DNA from: Hadesarchaea archaeon
GTDB lineage: Archaea; Hadarchaeota; Hadarchaeia; Hadarchaeales; Hadarchaeaceae
Assembly: GCA_029259175.1 (NCBI GenBank)
Contig: JAPDJH010000004.1
Coordinates: 96,001 to 160,000, forward strand
Reading direction: 5' to 3'
DNA: 64,000 nucleotides
Shown here: positions 41,213 to 50,942 of the stretch, in pieces
How positions within the stretch are numbered: position 1 is the stretch's first letter
Layout of the letters: every line of letters begins with the position of its first letter
Translations under genes and position numbers: made by a program
Notes under the pieces: generated by a model
Told to the model about the DNA's origin: nothing
Seen by the model: only the letters and a program-made list of their open reading frames with translations
Databases searched by the model: none

Positions 41213-43009
41213 TCACCATGCCCTCTTTCGACCAGCATACCACAGCATGCTGCACGCACCTGCAATCAGAGCGGCAACCGCTGCGATCAGAAACACCTGC
41301 AGATTCAGCATGCGGGAGGTGTAAGACGGCTTCTCACCGAGCACACCTATCACATCATAAGAAGCGTCTATCACCTGCTTGCTGAGATCGATTCTGAGAT
41401 CCGTGTTATCCACCGTATAGATCTCGTCCATCGCTCGGGATGCTTCATCGAACATCTGCTTCAGCTCTTGATTTTCTGATTCCTCCAGCAGACGAGAAGC
41501 AAACGAGAGAGCAGTTTGTGCGGCATTCACATAAAGCTCGACCGCTACATCCTTTGAAATCGGAGTTATGGACCAGCTGTCGGTGCACTCGGGAGCAGGC
41601 CCGAACGAGACGTAGCTCAGCCAGCTTTCGGTGTTTTGGATGCCCATCACGCTACGAGTTAAATGGATGGAATCCATTCTGGCAAAGTAGTCCCCGCTCG
41701 TTTCAGCCCATGTTGGATCAAAGGGCCGCCAGCCCGCTCCCGGAAGGTAGAGCTCCACCCACGCGTGGCCACGGAGATTCTCTTCCTCGTAATACCCCCA
41801 CCCGTAAACCGCTCTGGCAGGAATTCCGGCTGCTCGTGCCATTGTGATGAGCAAATCAGTGTATTCGCTACAGTCCCCCTGACGGTTGAGATAAGCCCAG
41901 AGAGCACCCCTTCGCTCCGTTTGGCTCTGATAATCAAGACGATCAACCACAAAATCCATCAGATTCTCAGCGGCCGCGTAGACATCTGATTTGTTGGTCA
42001 CCACTTCGTTGACAGCTTCTTGAATGTAGGGATTGTCCACCGGCCACCAGCGGTTGTCTCCATTCAAATACTCGGTAAGGGAAGAGGGGAGGTCGGACAG
42101 TTCTGAAATCTGAGCGGGGGTGAGGAGGGGATCGTGTACGCTCACTTCATATAACAGCTGGATGTGTATGGGGAGAACCGAAGTTGGGGACAAATCCCTC
42201 AAATCAAAAACCAAGTGAAGATTGTTGTCCTCATCGAAGTACAAATTCGATGGGTCTGGAGACACCAAAACCAGAGAGGAGAACTGCCAGCTGTTCTCCC
42301 TGTTCAGCACCACCACATCCAAAACAAAGCGCTCGGTAAAAGAATAAGCAGAAACCACATACGAGACATCCACCAAGTAGTATCCTGGGGTCTCATAAAA
42401 CTTGCACAGAACCCTATCAAAAACGTCGGATTCGTCGAACGAACTGGAAAAACGGAAGGTGGGAGGGTCGTACGACACTACTTCCATCTCTGGATTGGAA
42501 AGAAAGGGATACGTGTTTTCCGGCCCGATGACTGTTAGAGTGTAATTCTCACAACGTGTGGCAAAAGTGTTTCCCCACCCATGAACGCGGTATTCGAAGC
42601 CTGTGCCCCCAACGGCCCCCGGAGCCGTGTAGGAAATAAAGTACCTATAATCGCTTCTGGGCGAAATCCACCGTGTCTCGAATGATACCGACACTCCACT
42701 CTCATTCTCGTTCAAGGCGAACTCTAGAGGACCGGAATCGTCCCATACAGACAAATTTTCGATGCTCGACACGGGAATCAACCTGTTAATACTCAAGCGC
42801 ACAGATTTCGCAGAAGTGTTATGGTACACCTGCTGTTCGCTCACCAACAGATCTCTCTCTCGGGTGGCTTCCAGCGTTATCTCCCAGCTCTTATAATAAC
42901 CTGAGAGTGGTGCAGATGCTCCTATTGGAACAGAGGCTAACACCAGCAGCCAAATATACACCATACCGGCAATGGTCTTCCGCACTAGACCACACTTTAG
43001 ATTTAACAA
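41213..43009 (-). CDS. Secreted/membrane-anchored transglutaminase-like protein
   Basis: Signal peptide, GDCSEY, HAWVE, WRPFDPT, C-terminal TM. Confidence 0.85.
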   Translation of the reverse strand: MLNLKCGLVRKTIAGMVYIWLLVLASVPIGASAPLSGYYKSWEITLEATRERDLLVSEQQVYHNTSAKSVRLSINRLIPVSSIENLSVWDDSGPLEFALNENESGVSVSFETRWISPRSDYRYFISYTAPGAVGGTGFEYRVHGWGNTFATRCENYTLTVIGPENTYPFLSNPEMEVVSYDPPTFRFSSSFDESDVFDRVLCKFYETPGYYLVDVSYVVSAYSFTERFVLDVVVLNRENSWQFSSLVLVSPDPSNLYFDEDNNLHLVFDLRDLSPTSVLPIHIQLLYEVSVHDPLLTPAQISELSDLPSSLTEYLNGDNRWWPVDNPYIQEAVNEVVTNKSDVYAAAENLMDFVVDRLDYQSQTERRGALWAYLNRQGDCSEYTDLLITMARAAGIPARAVYGWGYYEEENLRGHAWVELYLPGAGWRPFDPTWAETSGDYFARMDSIHLTRSVMGIQNTESWLSYVSFGPAPECTDSWSITPISKDVAVELYVNAAQTALSFASRLLEESENQELKQMFDEASRAMDEIYTVDNTDLRIDLSKQVIDASYDVIGVLGEKPSYTSRMLNLQVFLIAAVAALIAGACSMLWYAGRKRAW

Positions 43010-43025
43010 CCGTATTTAATTTGGT

Positions 43026-44072
43026 ATGCGGGTCGTATTGGCCGAACGCATCAGGCGGGGAGAGCCATCAAAACTGAAGGAGCTGGAAGCGCTGGCTCGC
43101 ACAATGGGTTATGAGGTAGTAGGAAAACTCACTCAAGTTCGAGAGCCGGATCCGGCGTATCAGATTGGAGAGGGGAAAGCTCGGGAACTCCGGCGGCTGG
43201 TAAAGGCCGTAAAAGCTCAAAGAGTCATCTTTGCCAACGAACTCTCACCCTCCCAAGCGTATAATCTGGCCAAAATTGTAGGAAACGAAGTAATCGATCG
43301 CATCCAACTGATTTTAGAAATCTTCGCCATGCGTGCGGGATCACCGGAAGCCAAACTGCAAGTGGAATACGCTCGGCTTCGATACGAGCTGCCGCGAATC
43401 AGGGAAAGAATCAGATATGGGCTGTCCGTGGAGCAACCGGGATTGAAAGGTGGAGGAGAATACGAGGTGGACGTTCAATACGATGCCATTAAGCGCAGAC
43501 TGGCAACTTTGAGAAAAAAACTAGCATCGATCTCAGTGCGGAGAATGCAATTGCGAAAACACCGAAAGCGCAGAGGCTTTAAACTGGTGGCTCTCGCCGG
43601 GTATACCAATTCGGGAAAATCAACACTGTTGAACGCCCTAACAGCCGGGGGAGCAAAGGTTGACGACATGTACTTTACGACACTCACGCCGCGCACCAGA
43701 ATAGTGAAAAAATGTACGAAGATTCTGCTCACGGACACTGTGGGATTCATCGACAATCTGCCGCCATGGATGATCGAGGCATTCAAGGCAACACTGGAAG
43801 AAATTTACCTAGCGGATTTGGTTTTGGTGGTGCTCGATGGCTCTGAACCAATTCCGGAAATTCTGAGAAAGTACAAGGTGGTGTCTGAGGTATTGAAAGA
43901 ATATGGGGTGAAAACTGTGATAGTCTTGAACAAGCGAGATTTGATGAGCACTGCAGAGATCCGAGAAAAGCTCAAGTTGCTGAATGGCTTCTCAGCGCCG
44001 GTCATCGCGGTCTCCGCCCTTCGAGGGGACAATCTCGAATCGCTGATCGAGACCATCAGAGGATACGCATGA
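43026..44072 (+). CDS. hflX: GTPase HflX
   Basis: [25 protein letters not shown]. Confidence 0.95.
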   Translation: MRVVLAERIRRGEPSKLKELEALARTMGYEVVGKLTQVREPDPAYQIGEGKARELRRLVKAVKAQRVIFANELSPSQAYNLAKIVGNEVIDRIQLILEIFAMRAGSPEAKLQVEYARLRYELPRIRERIRYGLSVEQPGLKGGGEYEVDVQYDAIKRRLATLRKKLASISVRRMQLRKHRKRRGFKLVALAGYTNSGKSTLLNALTAGGAKVDDMYFTTLTPRTRIVKKCTKILLTDTVGFIDNLPPWMIEAFKATLEEIYLADLVLVVLDGSEPIPEILRKYKVVSEVLKEYGVKTVIVLNKRDLMSTAEIREKLKLLNGFSAPVIAVSALRGDNLESLIETIRGYA

Positions 44073-44593
44073 CGGAAGTCATCGTCTTACGGCTAGGTCA
44101 CAGGCCAGAGAGAGACAAACGTGTTACCACTCACGTGGGTTTGGTTGCACGTGCATTCGGGGCCAGAGGGATGATCATGACGCAGGATGACAAAAATGTG
44201 CGTGAGAGCTTAGATCGTGTATGCAAACAATGGGGAGGCGAATTCTTTGTTCAAACCGCTCACTCATGGAAAGAAACGATTGCCAAGTGGAAGGCAGATG
44301 GAGGGACGGTGGTGCATCTGACCATGTATGGTCTGCCGCTCGACGAAGTCATACCAAAGCTGCCTAGGAAGAAGCTAATGGTGGTTGTGGGGGCAGAAAA
44401 AGTCCCACCAGAAGTTTTCCAGTTAGCGGACTACAATGTGGCTATTGGAAACCAACCACATTCAGAAGTGGCTGCGTTGGCGATTTTCCTAGATCGTCTC
44501 TTCGAAGGGAAAGAACTTAAAAAGCAGTTCCCCGGTCGAAAAATTGAAATTGTTCCATCCGAAAGGGGAAAGCAGGTAATAATAAAGAGGTGA
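44069..44593 (+). CDS. trm56: tRNA (cytidine56-2'-O)-methyltransferase
   Basis: [36 protein letters not shown]. Confidence 0.95.
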   Translation: MTEVIVLRLGHRPERDKRVTTHVGLVARAFGARGMIMTQDDKNVRESLDRVCKQWGGEFFVQTAHSWKETIAKWKADGGTVVHLTMYGLPLDEVIPKLPRKKLMVVVGAEKVPPEVFQLADYNVAIGNQPHSEVAALAIFLDRLFEGKELKKQFPGRKIEIVPSERGKQVIIKR

Positions 44594-44640
44594 CCAGTGG
44601 ATTATTTGTAGTAGGAAGATATGGTTTGCGGGGATGCGGT

Positions 44641-45261
44641 ATGGCTAAGAAAATGAAAAAAGTCAAGAAGAAAACTAAGAAACCACGCAAGCCAACAAAA
44701 GCCAAAAAAGCCCCACGCGTGAAAAAGGAAGAAAAGCGTGAGTCCTCTCTTCAGAATCCCGTGCTCGTGGATGTTCTGCACCAAATTGCTGGTGATGCAG
44801 GACTCACGGTCTTGAAAGCGCTCGAAGGAAAGGAACTCACGGACGAAGATTTGGCCAAACGTACCGGGTTGCAAGTCAACTTGGTTAGAAGAATACTCTA
44901 TGACCTCTACGAGAACCAGGTGGTCAGCTACCGGAGAGAGCGGGACGAGGAAAGCGGGTGGTACATCTATTTCTGGAAGTTCAACCCGGATCGGGCTCTG
45001 GACTTCATCCGACACCACAGGGAAGAACTCCTCAGAAAGCTAGAAGAAAAGCTGGAGAGGGAGCGCAGTACAACATATTTCGTATGTGACAACAACTGCC
45101 AGAAGCTCTCTTATTCTGAAGCCCTAGAAAACGATTTCAAGTGTCCGGGGTGTGGAGAGAGCCTCAAGCCCTACGATAACTCGAAGTACATCGCTGCACT
45201 GGAGCACAAGGTGCAACAACTGAGAGAACAGCTACGCAGCGGGGCGAGCGGATTTGAATGA
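44641..45261 (+). CDS. tfe: Transcription factor E alpha
   Basis: TDEDLA..TG..VRRILY.L, GWYIYFW, C-terminal FKCPGCG. Confidence 0.9.
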   Translation: MAKKMKKVKKKTKKPRKPTKAKKAPRVKKEEKRESSLQNPVLVDVLHQIAGDAGLTVLKALEGKELTDEDLAKRTGLQVNLVRRILYDLYENQVVSYRRERDEESGWYIYFWKFNPDRALDFIRHHREELLRKLEEKLERERSTTYFVCDNNCQKLSYSEALENDFKCPGCGESLKPYDNSKYIAALEHKVQQLREQLRSGASGFE

Positions 45262-45799
45262 GCAAGAGGCCATTAAGGTTTTACAAAAAGCTGGTTGCTC
45301 TCCCGAAGTGATCAAACATTGCAAAACTGTTTGTCGAATCGCTGAAGAGATCGCTCAGAAACTCTTGGCCAGAGGATATGGGGTGGATATCTCCAGAGTC
45401 CGTGTTGGAGCGATTCTGCACGATATCGGGCGCTCGAAGACCCATGGTGTCGAGCACGGTGTTGTCGGGGGAGCACTTCTGAGATCTATGGGTTTGGGTG
45501 AATGGGCCGGATTCGCTGAAAACCATGTGGGCGGGGGAATCCCCGCCGCAGAAGCAAAAGAGCTGGGGCTGCCGGAGCGAGATTATTTTCCACAAACACT
45601 CGAGGAACTGATTGTCGCGTACGCTGACAAGCTGACTGGGGGTAAAAAACGGATTCCCTTCGAGAAAACTGTAGAGGAATTCAAACAAAAACTCGGAGCA
45701 GATCATCCCGCCATCCAAAGATTGTGGGAACTCCATCGGCGAGTGCAAGAGATGCTCAAAAAATCATATAAGACGCCGGTGAAAAGGAAAAGGGGATAG
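45254..45799 (+). CDS. HDIG-domain metal-dependent hydrolase
   Basis: H...LHDIGRS..H...H, IVAYADK. Confidence 0.88.
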   Translation: MNEQEAIKVLQKAGCSPEVIKHCKTVCRIAEEIAQKLLARGYGVDISRVRVGAILHDIGRSKTHGVEHGVVGGALLRSMGLGEWAGFAENHVGGGIPAAEAKELGLPERDYFPQTLEELIVAYADKLTGGKKRIPFEKTVEEFKQKLGADHPAIQRLWELHRRVQEMLKKSYKTPVKRKRG

Positions 45800-45801
45800 G
45801 G

Positions 45802-46569
45802 ATGCTGGATGCATTGATTGCACTGGTTTTCTTTCTGGTGCTTGTGCTGGCCAGCTCGATCAAGATAGTGAGAGAGTACGAGCGAGCTGTAAAGTTCAGA
45901 CTGGGACGCTTTGTGGGAGTGCGGGGGCCGGGAATATTCTTTGTGATACCGGGGCTCGAGAAGTTCATCAAAGTGGACCTCCGGACGGTAACGCTGGACG
46001 TGCCCAAGCAGAGGATAGTGACCAAAGACAATGTGACCGTTGATGTAGATGCTGTCGTTTACCTGCGGGTGGTTGATCCGGGAAGCGCGATTTTAAAAGT
46101 AGAGAACTATCTGCTGGCGACAAGCTTGCTGGCACAAACAACGCTTCGAGATGTCCTAGGACAGTCCGAGTTGGATGAACTGCTGAGCAAGCGAGATGAG
46201 ATCAACAAGCGTCTCCAATCGCTCATCGATGAGGCAACAGATCCTTGGGGGATAAAGGTGAGCGCCGTGACGATTCGGGATGTGGCCTTGCCGACGGAGA
46301 TGTTGAGGGCTATCGCAAAGCAGGCGGAGGCGGAGAGAGAGCGGAGATCACGGATAATAATGGCAGAAGGAGAGTTCGAAGCCGCAAAACGGATGGCGGA
46401 GGCGGCACAACAATATGAACGAGTACCGGCTGCGCTGAAATTGAGAGAGCTCCAGACGCTGGTTGAAATCGCTAGAGAAAAAAATCTGGTGGTCGTCGCG
46501 CCAGCACAGCTCGGTGAAACCATAGGACTGATCTCGGCCATCGACAAAAAGAAGAAGGAGAAAGACTAG
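45802..46569 (+). CDS. SPFH/stomatin-like protein
   Basis: EYERAVKFRLGR, TKDNVTVDVD, AKQAEAERE. Confidence 0.93.
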   Translation: MLDALIALVFFLVLVLASSIKIVREYERAVKFRLGRFVGVRGPGIFFVIPGLEKFIKVDLRTVTLDVPKQRIVTKDNVTVDVDAVVYLRVVDPGSAILKVENYLLATSLLAQTTLRDVLGQSELDELLSKRDEINKRLQSLIDEATDPWGIKVSAVTIRDVALPTEMLRAIAKQAEAERERRSRIIMAEGEFEAAKRMAEAAQQYERVPAALKLRELQTLVEIAREKNLVVVAPAQLGETIGLISAIDKKKKEKD

Positions 46570-47807
46570 ACGATTTTCTTTCTGCGGCGCACCACCAGAG
46601 TATTGCCGCGCACATCTATGACCACGACGTCCTCTCCTTTGCGAATGGGCTTCTTTGTTTTTGTCTCCGCACTCCAAAGTTCACCTTTGAGCTTTACCAA
46701 ACCTCGCGGACGCAGATCCGAGACCGCGACAGCGAATTGACCGATGAGTTCCTCCCTCCCTACTGTAGGTCGTTTCTGGAGAGCCCTGCGGGCCTGAACC
46801 AACACAAAAGTGAGAAAGACCGTTAGGCCCAAGAGCAGGCCCAGAATCACGTTTCCCACAACTTGAATCCATGGTTCTTTTCCAACCATCAACAATCCCA
46901 GAACGAGAGCAACTATTCCTCCGCCCCCAAAAATTCCGAAGCCAGGGGTGAGTATTTCGTAGGCGAGCATTAAAAGCCCGATGCCGAGCAGTGCTAAGCC
47001 CGCATAATCTAGAGAGAGCAGGCCCAGGCCCCAGAAGGAAAGAATCAAACAAATTGCGCCGAGGATTCCAGGAATCCCTATTCCAGGGGTGGTTATTTCG
47101 GCCAGCACTCCAAAAAATCCAAAGAGGAACAGAAGCATTACCACATCAGGATTGCTCAGCACTTGAAGAAATCGTTGAGCCCAAGACATCTCGAGTTCTA
47201 TTATTTCTGGGTGGATTATGCCAAGAGAGCTGAGGATGTTGTCAAGGCTCGAGGACACCTGGTCGATCACGTTCTCGGCAAGAGCGTTTTCGGGTCCCAA
47301 CGTGAGGTTCTGAGTTACGAATCGTTCCGCTACAGAAGCCGATCGACCGCGCACGCTAGCGATCTGTTTGATCCACTCGGCCATGGCCAGAGTGGTCTTC
47401 TCGTCTTTGGGACGGGGCTGAGCGGCTCCAATGGAGGTTCCCTCATCCATCACTGCATGGGTGGAGGCCAACAAGATGTAGGTCCCGGCCGAAAACGCCC
47501 ATGACCCCTGAGGGGTCACCCATACGACTATTCCGTGGTCCTCCTCCAGCATCCGGTTCACTATCCGTTTGGTCGCCGAGAGTAGGCCCCCCGGAGTGTC
47601 GAGCTTGATCAAAAGCCAAGCGTTCTCATTGCTGGCACGGTCTATGGCGCTTACCACATAATCGGCTGTTCCCGCTCCAATTGTGTCCTCAACGGTAATC
47701 ACGTACACCTTGGTGCTTTGAGAGGTGGTGCACCCGGGGGTGGCTAATGCTAGGAACAGTATCAATACGCTCAGCGCCAGTACTCTGCGGGTCCGGAAAC
47801 GAGACAT
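46566..47807 (-). CDS. nfeD: NfeD membrane serine protease
   Basis: LDTPGG, SAGTYI, IGAAQP, C-terminal OB fold GELWSA. Confidence 0.9.
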   Translation of the reverse strand: MSRFRTRRVLALSVLILFLALATPGCTTSQSTKVYVITVEDTIGAGTADYVVSAIDRASNENAWLLIKLDTPGGLLSATKRIVNRMLEEDHGIVVWVTPQGSWAFSAGTYILLASTHAVMDEGTSIGAAQPRPKDEKTTLAMAEWIKQIASVRGRSASVAERFVTQNLTLGPENALAENVIDQVSSSLDNILSSLGIIHPEIIELEMSWAQRFLQVLSNPDVVMLLFLFGFFGVLAEITTPGIGIPGILGAICLILSFWGLGLLSLDYAGLALLGIGLLMLAYEILTPGFGIFGGGGIVALVLGLLMVGKEPWIQVVGNVILGLLLGLTVFLTFVLVQARRALQKRPTVGREELIGQFAVAVSDLRPRGLVKLKGELWSAETKTKKPIRKGEDVVVIDVRGNTLVVRRRKKIV

Positions 47808-48049
47808 CTTTCCCGCATCACAATTAGAAGAGCAGATTTATTCGGGTTTTGAAAAAAGGGCCCCGTTGGAATTCGAGCTCTCCCGCGGAACCAGGCCCGG
47901 TTGGAGGTCATCCAACTGCACATATTTGTAAATTTTTGTGCGGTATGTTGGATAGAATGAACAACTCCTTCGCGCCGCAGAGATGAGTTGCACCTCACGA
48001 GTGGCGGCTCTAAAGCCTGCTCTCGGCAGAAATCAGTTCCTGAGAAAGG

Positions 48050-48124
48050 TGGGCCCGCTGGGATTTGAACCCAGGACCTCCCGGTTATCAGCCGAGCGCT
48101 CTAACCTGGCTAAGCTACGGGCCC
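48050..48124 (-). tRNA. tRNA-Ile(GAT)
   Basis: GGGCCCG acceptor, CTCGG-CT GAT AA-CCGGG. Confidence 0.96.
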
Positions 48125-48158
48125 ACTCACAATTGGTTCTATCACCCACTACATAAAC

Positions 48159-48896
48159 CTATTTCGCAGTGATCTCGTAACGTGGGGAAAGTTTCAAACG
48201 AACGACTCGATGACTCGCTCGAGGATTCACAGTTTTTATGATGCGGGCCATGTGCTCCACATACCGACTGATCCGGGTCTCGATTTGGATCACGTTTGGG
48301 AAATGGCTTATGACCCACTTGCGCAGCTGTTCCGAAACCAAGGAGAGATTCATGGTCGAAACACCGATGGCTCCCTGACCGTGAAACCAAGCGAGAAGCG
48401 GATCGAGCATATCCATGATTTTCCTGTCGGGCCATCGGGAGGCGAGATCGCTTATGGAAGTCAGGCGCCAGAACAAGGGTTTTCGAGAAATTCGAAGCTT
48501 TTCAAGGGCGTTCACGACATTCCAATACAGCTGAGATGGATACACCGAGGGACTGAAGTAAAGTTCCCAGCTCGTCCGCGGGCGGTAAGGAGGGTTGGTA
48601 AAAAAGTTCGCCACAACCAGCCGGTTCTCGATCGCCGCTTTGCGCAGGGCTTCGGCTGTCTTTGGAATGGTTCTGTCATAGCTCTGCATTGAGATGTTCC
48701 AGGAATGCCTGGTAGTGCCGATAAAAGCGGGAAACTTCTTTCCCACAAAAGTGAAGGAAAGCACGCAAGCAACAGAGACGGCAACGCCTTCGGCTTCCTC
48801 ATCGGCCAAGATAAGCCACGGATACCCGGGCTGAAATCCACCGCCTATGAATCGGTCGAAGCTCTTGTGGCCAGAGGAGATTGCCTTCGAGCCCAA
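48159..48896 (-). CDS. Degenerate RecA/KaiC-like protein
   Basis: ISSG..SFD.FIGGGF start typical of KaiC/RAD55, but no Walker A. Confidence 0.55.
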   Translation of the reverse strand: MGSKAISSGHKSFDRFIGGGFQPGYPWLILADEEAEGVAVSVACVLSFTFVGKKFPAFIGTTRHSWNISMQSYDRTIPKTAEALRKAAIENRLVVANFFTNPPYRPRTSWELYFSPSVYPSQLYWNVVNALEKLRISRKPLFWRLTSISDLASRWPDRKIMDMLDPLLAWFHGQGAIGVSTMNLSLVSEQLRKWVISHFPNVIQIETRISRYVEHMARIIKTVNPRASHRVVRLKLSPRYEITAK

Positions 48897-48927
48897 GTGC
48901 CTCCCAATTCTTATTGTGATTCTGTTA

Positions 48928-50478
48928 TTATTTCAATTTAGCTAAGTCAAAACTCTGGCCGTTGCGGGGTAACAATACCTTTGTCCCGCGTACTTCTTTG
49001 GTGAAGAATTCTGGATTCTCGGTGTGAATCGGGATCAATACGCGCGGTGCGATCGTCTCAATGACTTGGAGAAGTTCCGGACCTGAAGCGTGGCCCGAGG
49101 CATGATATCCAGGCTGGAAAAACGGCTTGAGATCACCATTCACCTGTCTGATTTCGAAACCAATCACTCTAAAATTGAAAAGCTTGAGCCATTCCCACAG
49201 ACGGAGAAAGTCGAACTCGGCTTCTTCGGTAAAGGCTTCAGAACTAGAATAAACATAGGTGCCGCTCTTGGGCTTGATATCTAACAAATTCTTCATATCC
49301 CAAAAGCTAAAGCTCAGAATATAGGCGTCCGGATTTTTTGCCACATCTACGGGATCCACTATCCGATCTTCGAATTTTTGTAAAATGTTTCGCTCCCATG
49401 TGTTCTTGGTCTCTTTCAGCTCCTGGTAAATCAAGACATCTCGAGTTCGGTCAACGCCGTCAACCGATTTCACGGCCTCGAGCAGGTACGCGTCGCGGGT
49501 GGTTATGACCAAAGAGCGTCCGCTTTCAGCCGCGATTTTTCTAAAGGTCTCGAGACGTTCGATGTGCCGGGGTTGAAAATCAGCGATAACCAGATTTTTT
49601 TCTTTTTCAACGGCTTCGAGAGAATTGTGAAGCACCTCCTCCTCGGATTCCTCTCCCGCTCGCTCCCTGCTGGCTCTAGTCCCTTCTATAAGTAACGCCG
49701 CTACATCCAGACTCGATGCTTCACGAACGAATCGTTTAGTTTCTGCCTGCCGTTTCCCATGGGAGCGAAAATCGCCAGTGTAAATGACCCATCCATCCTC
49801 TGTCTCAAAGCCAAAAGCCGCCGCCCCATAGATGGAGTGATCCACCTCCCAGCATTTGAACGGAATGGGGACGTGAGCGGCAGTCCGCAACGGTTTGGTC
49901 AATAGCTCACGTGCCCCCGCTGGTTTTTCCCAGAATTGTTCAAGCTTTGCTGACGGTCGGGCGGTGAGCAGGAACTCCCTCCCTTGAGCGGGCATCGATT
50001 TCCAATGGCAGCTCTTGAAAACGCGGCCATCTTCTTGAAGCCGTTCGCGCAAAACCGCGTACACGATCTGATTGGGAAGCTCGGTTCGACCCGAGTCCTG
50101 AATGGCCTTCAGGATTGCTGCCGTATAGGGTGTGCAAACGACGGGGATCTCCAACTCCAGTAATCCGATGCACCCGGCATGGTCCATGTGGGCGTGAGAA
50201 AGAAACACCGCGTCCACCCGGCATTCGCCTAGCCGCCCAAGATCTAGGTCCAAAGGAATAACATCGTTGCGATAAATCCTGAGAGGGGGAACAAGGCCCA
50301 GCTCTAGAAAATCGTGGATGCCGCGGCCCGATCGTGGACGCAAGTATTCGTCGAAAAACAAGCCCATGCGTTTGTAATTGGTGCCGAAATCAACAAACAC
50401 TGCTCCGTGTTCGTCTTCAAGGTACACTTTGTTTCCGCCAATACTTTCCGCACCGTCGAATATGGTCAGTTTGCTCAA
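48928..50478 (-). CDS. Metallo-beta-lactamase-fold ribonuclease (RNase J-like)
   Basis: IGGNK, SHAHMDH, VDHS, YTGDFR, HASGH, IPIHTE. Confidence 0.88.
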   Translation of the reverse strand: MSKLTIFDGAESIGGNKVYLEDEHGAVFVDFGTNYKRMGLFFDEYLRPRSGRGIHDFLELGLVPPLRIYRNDVIPLDLDLGRLGECRVDAVFLSHAHMDHAGCIGLLELEIPVVCTPYTAAILKAIQDSGRTELPNQIVYAVLRERLQEDGRVFKSCHWKSMPAQGREFLLTARPSAKLEQFWEKPAGARELLTKPLRTAAHVPIPFKCWEVDHSIYGAAAFGFETEDGWVIYTGDFRSHGKRQAETKRFVREASSLDVAALLIEGTRASRERAGEESEEEVLHNSLEAVEKEKNLVIADFQPRHIERLETFRKIAAESGRSLVITTRDAYLLEAVKSVDGVDRTRDVLIYQELKETKNTWERNILQKFEDRIVDPVDVAKNPDAYILSFSFWDMKNLLDIKPKSGTYVYSSSEAFTEEAEFDFLRLWEWLKLFNFRVIGFEIRQVNGDLKPFFQPGYHASGHASGPELLQVIETIAPRVLIPIHTENPEFFTKEVRGTKVLLPRNGQSFDLAKLK

Positions 50479-50526
50479 CTCATCTCCCAAATCGAATACG
50501 GTGTTCGAGAAAATAAGGCTGAAAAA

Positions 50527-50600
50527 CGGGCCCGCGGGGATTTGAACCCCGGCCACAAGCTCCGCAGGCTTGCGTCCTATCCAGGCTAGACTACGGGCCC
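50527..50600 (-). tRNA. tRNA-Arg(GCG)
   Basis: GGGCCCG acceptor, CAAGC-CT GCG GA-GCTTG. Confidence 0.95.
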
Positions 50601-50624
50601 TGTAATTACTTCAAAAAAGAGAGG

Positions 50625-50942
50625 TTATAACGGAGTCGGGTTTCGCACCATCCGGACCAAGTTGCGAGCGCGTCCAGTTCTCCTAAAGCCGTTTCGCTCA
50701 TACCAAGGAACGCGGTCTTCAAAGACATCCGCGACGACTGGCAGATCATGGTCTTCAATTATCCGGTGAAGCAATTCGCTCCCAATTCCCTGTCCTCGAT
50801 AAGCCGATGCTATGTTGATGTCTTGAAGATACACATGGTCTGGTCCGATCCTGACTACCGCACTTCCCACGATGGAGCACTCGTACACGTCCCAGCACTC
50901 GTATTTGCAACCAGTAGGGGTTGTGAGCTTGTCGATCCGCAT
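50625..50942 (-). CDS. GNAT N-acetyltransferase
   Basis: YRGQGIGSELL motif A, WYERNGF. Confidence 0.8.
   Translation of the reverse strand: MRIDKLTTPTGCKYECWDVYECSIVGSAVVRIGPDHVYLQDINIASAYRGQGIGSELLHRIIEDHDLPVVADVFEDRVPWYERNGFRRTGRARNLVRMVRNPTPL

Noticed and set aside
47850-48040. Possible small guide RNA between nfeD and tRNA-Ile
   Set aside because: A few short hairpins only; no convincing C/D or H/ACA boxes
50479-50556. N-terminal extension of the MBL-fold ORF
   Set aside because: It starts inside tRNA-Arg(GCG), so it is an artefact
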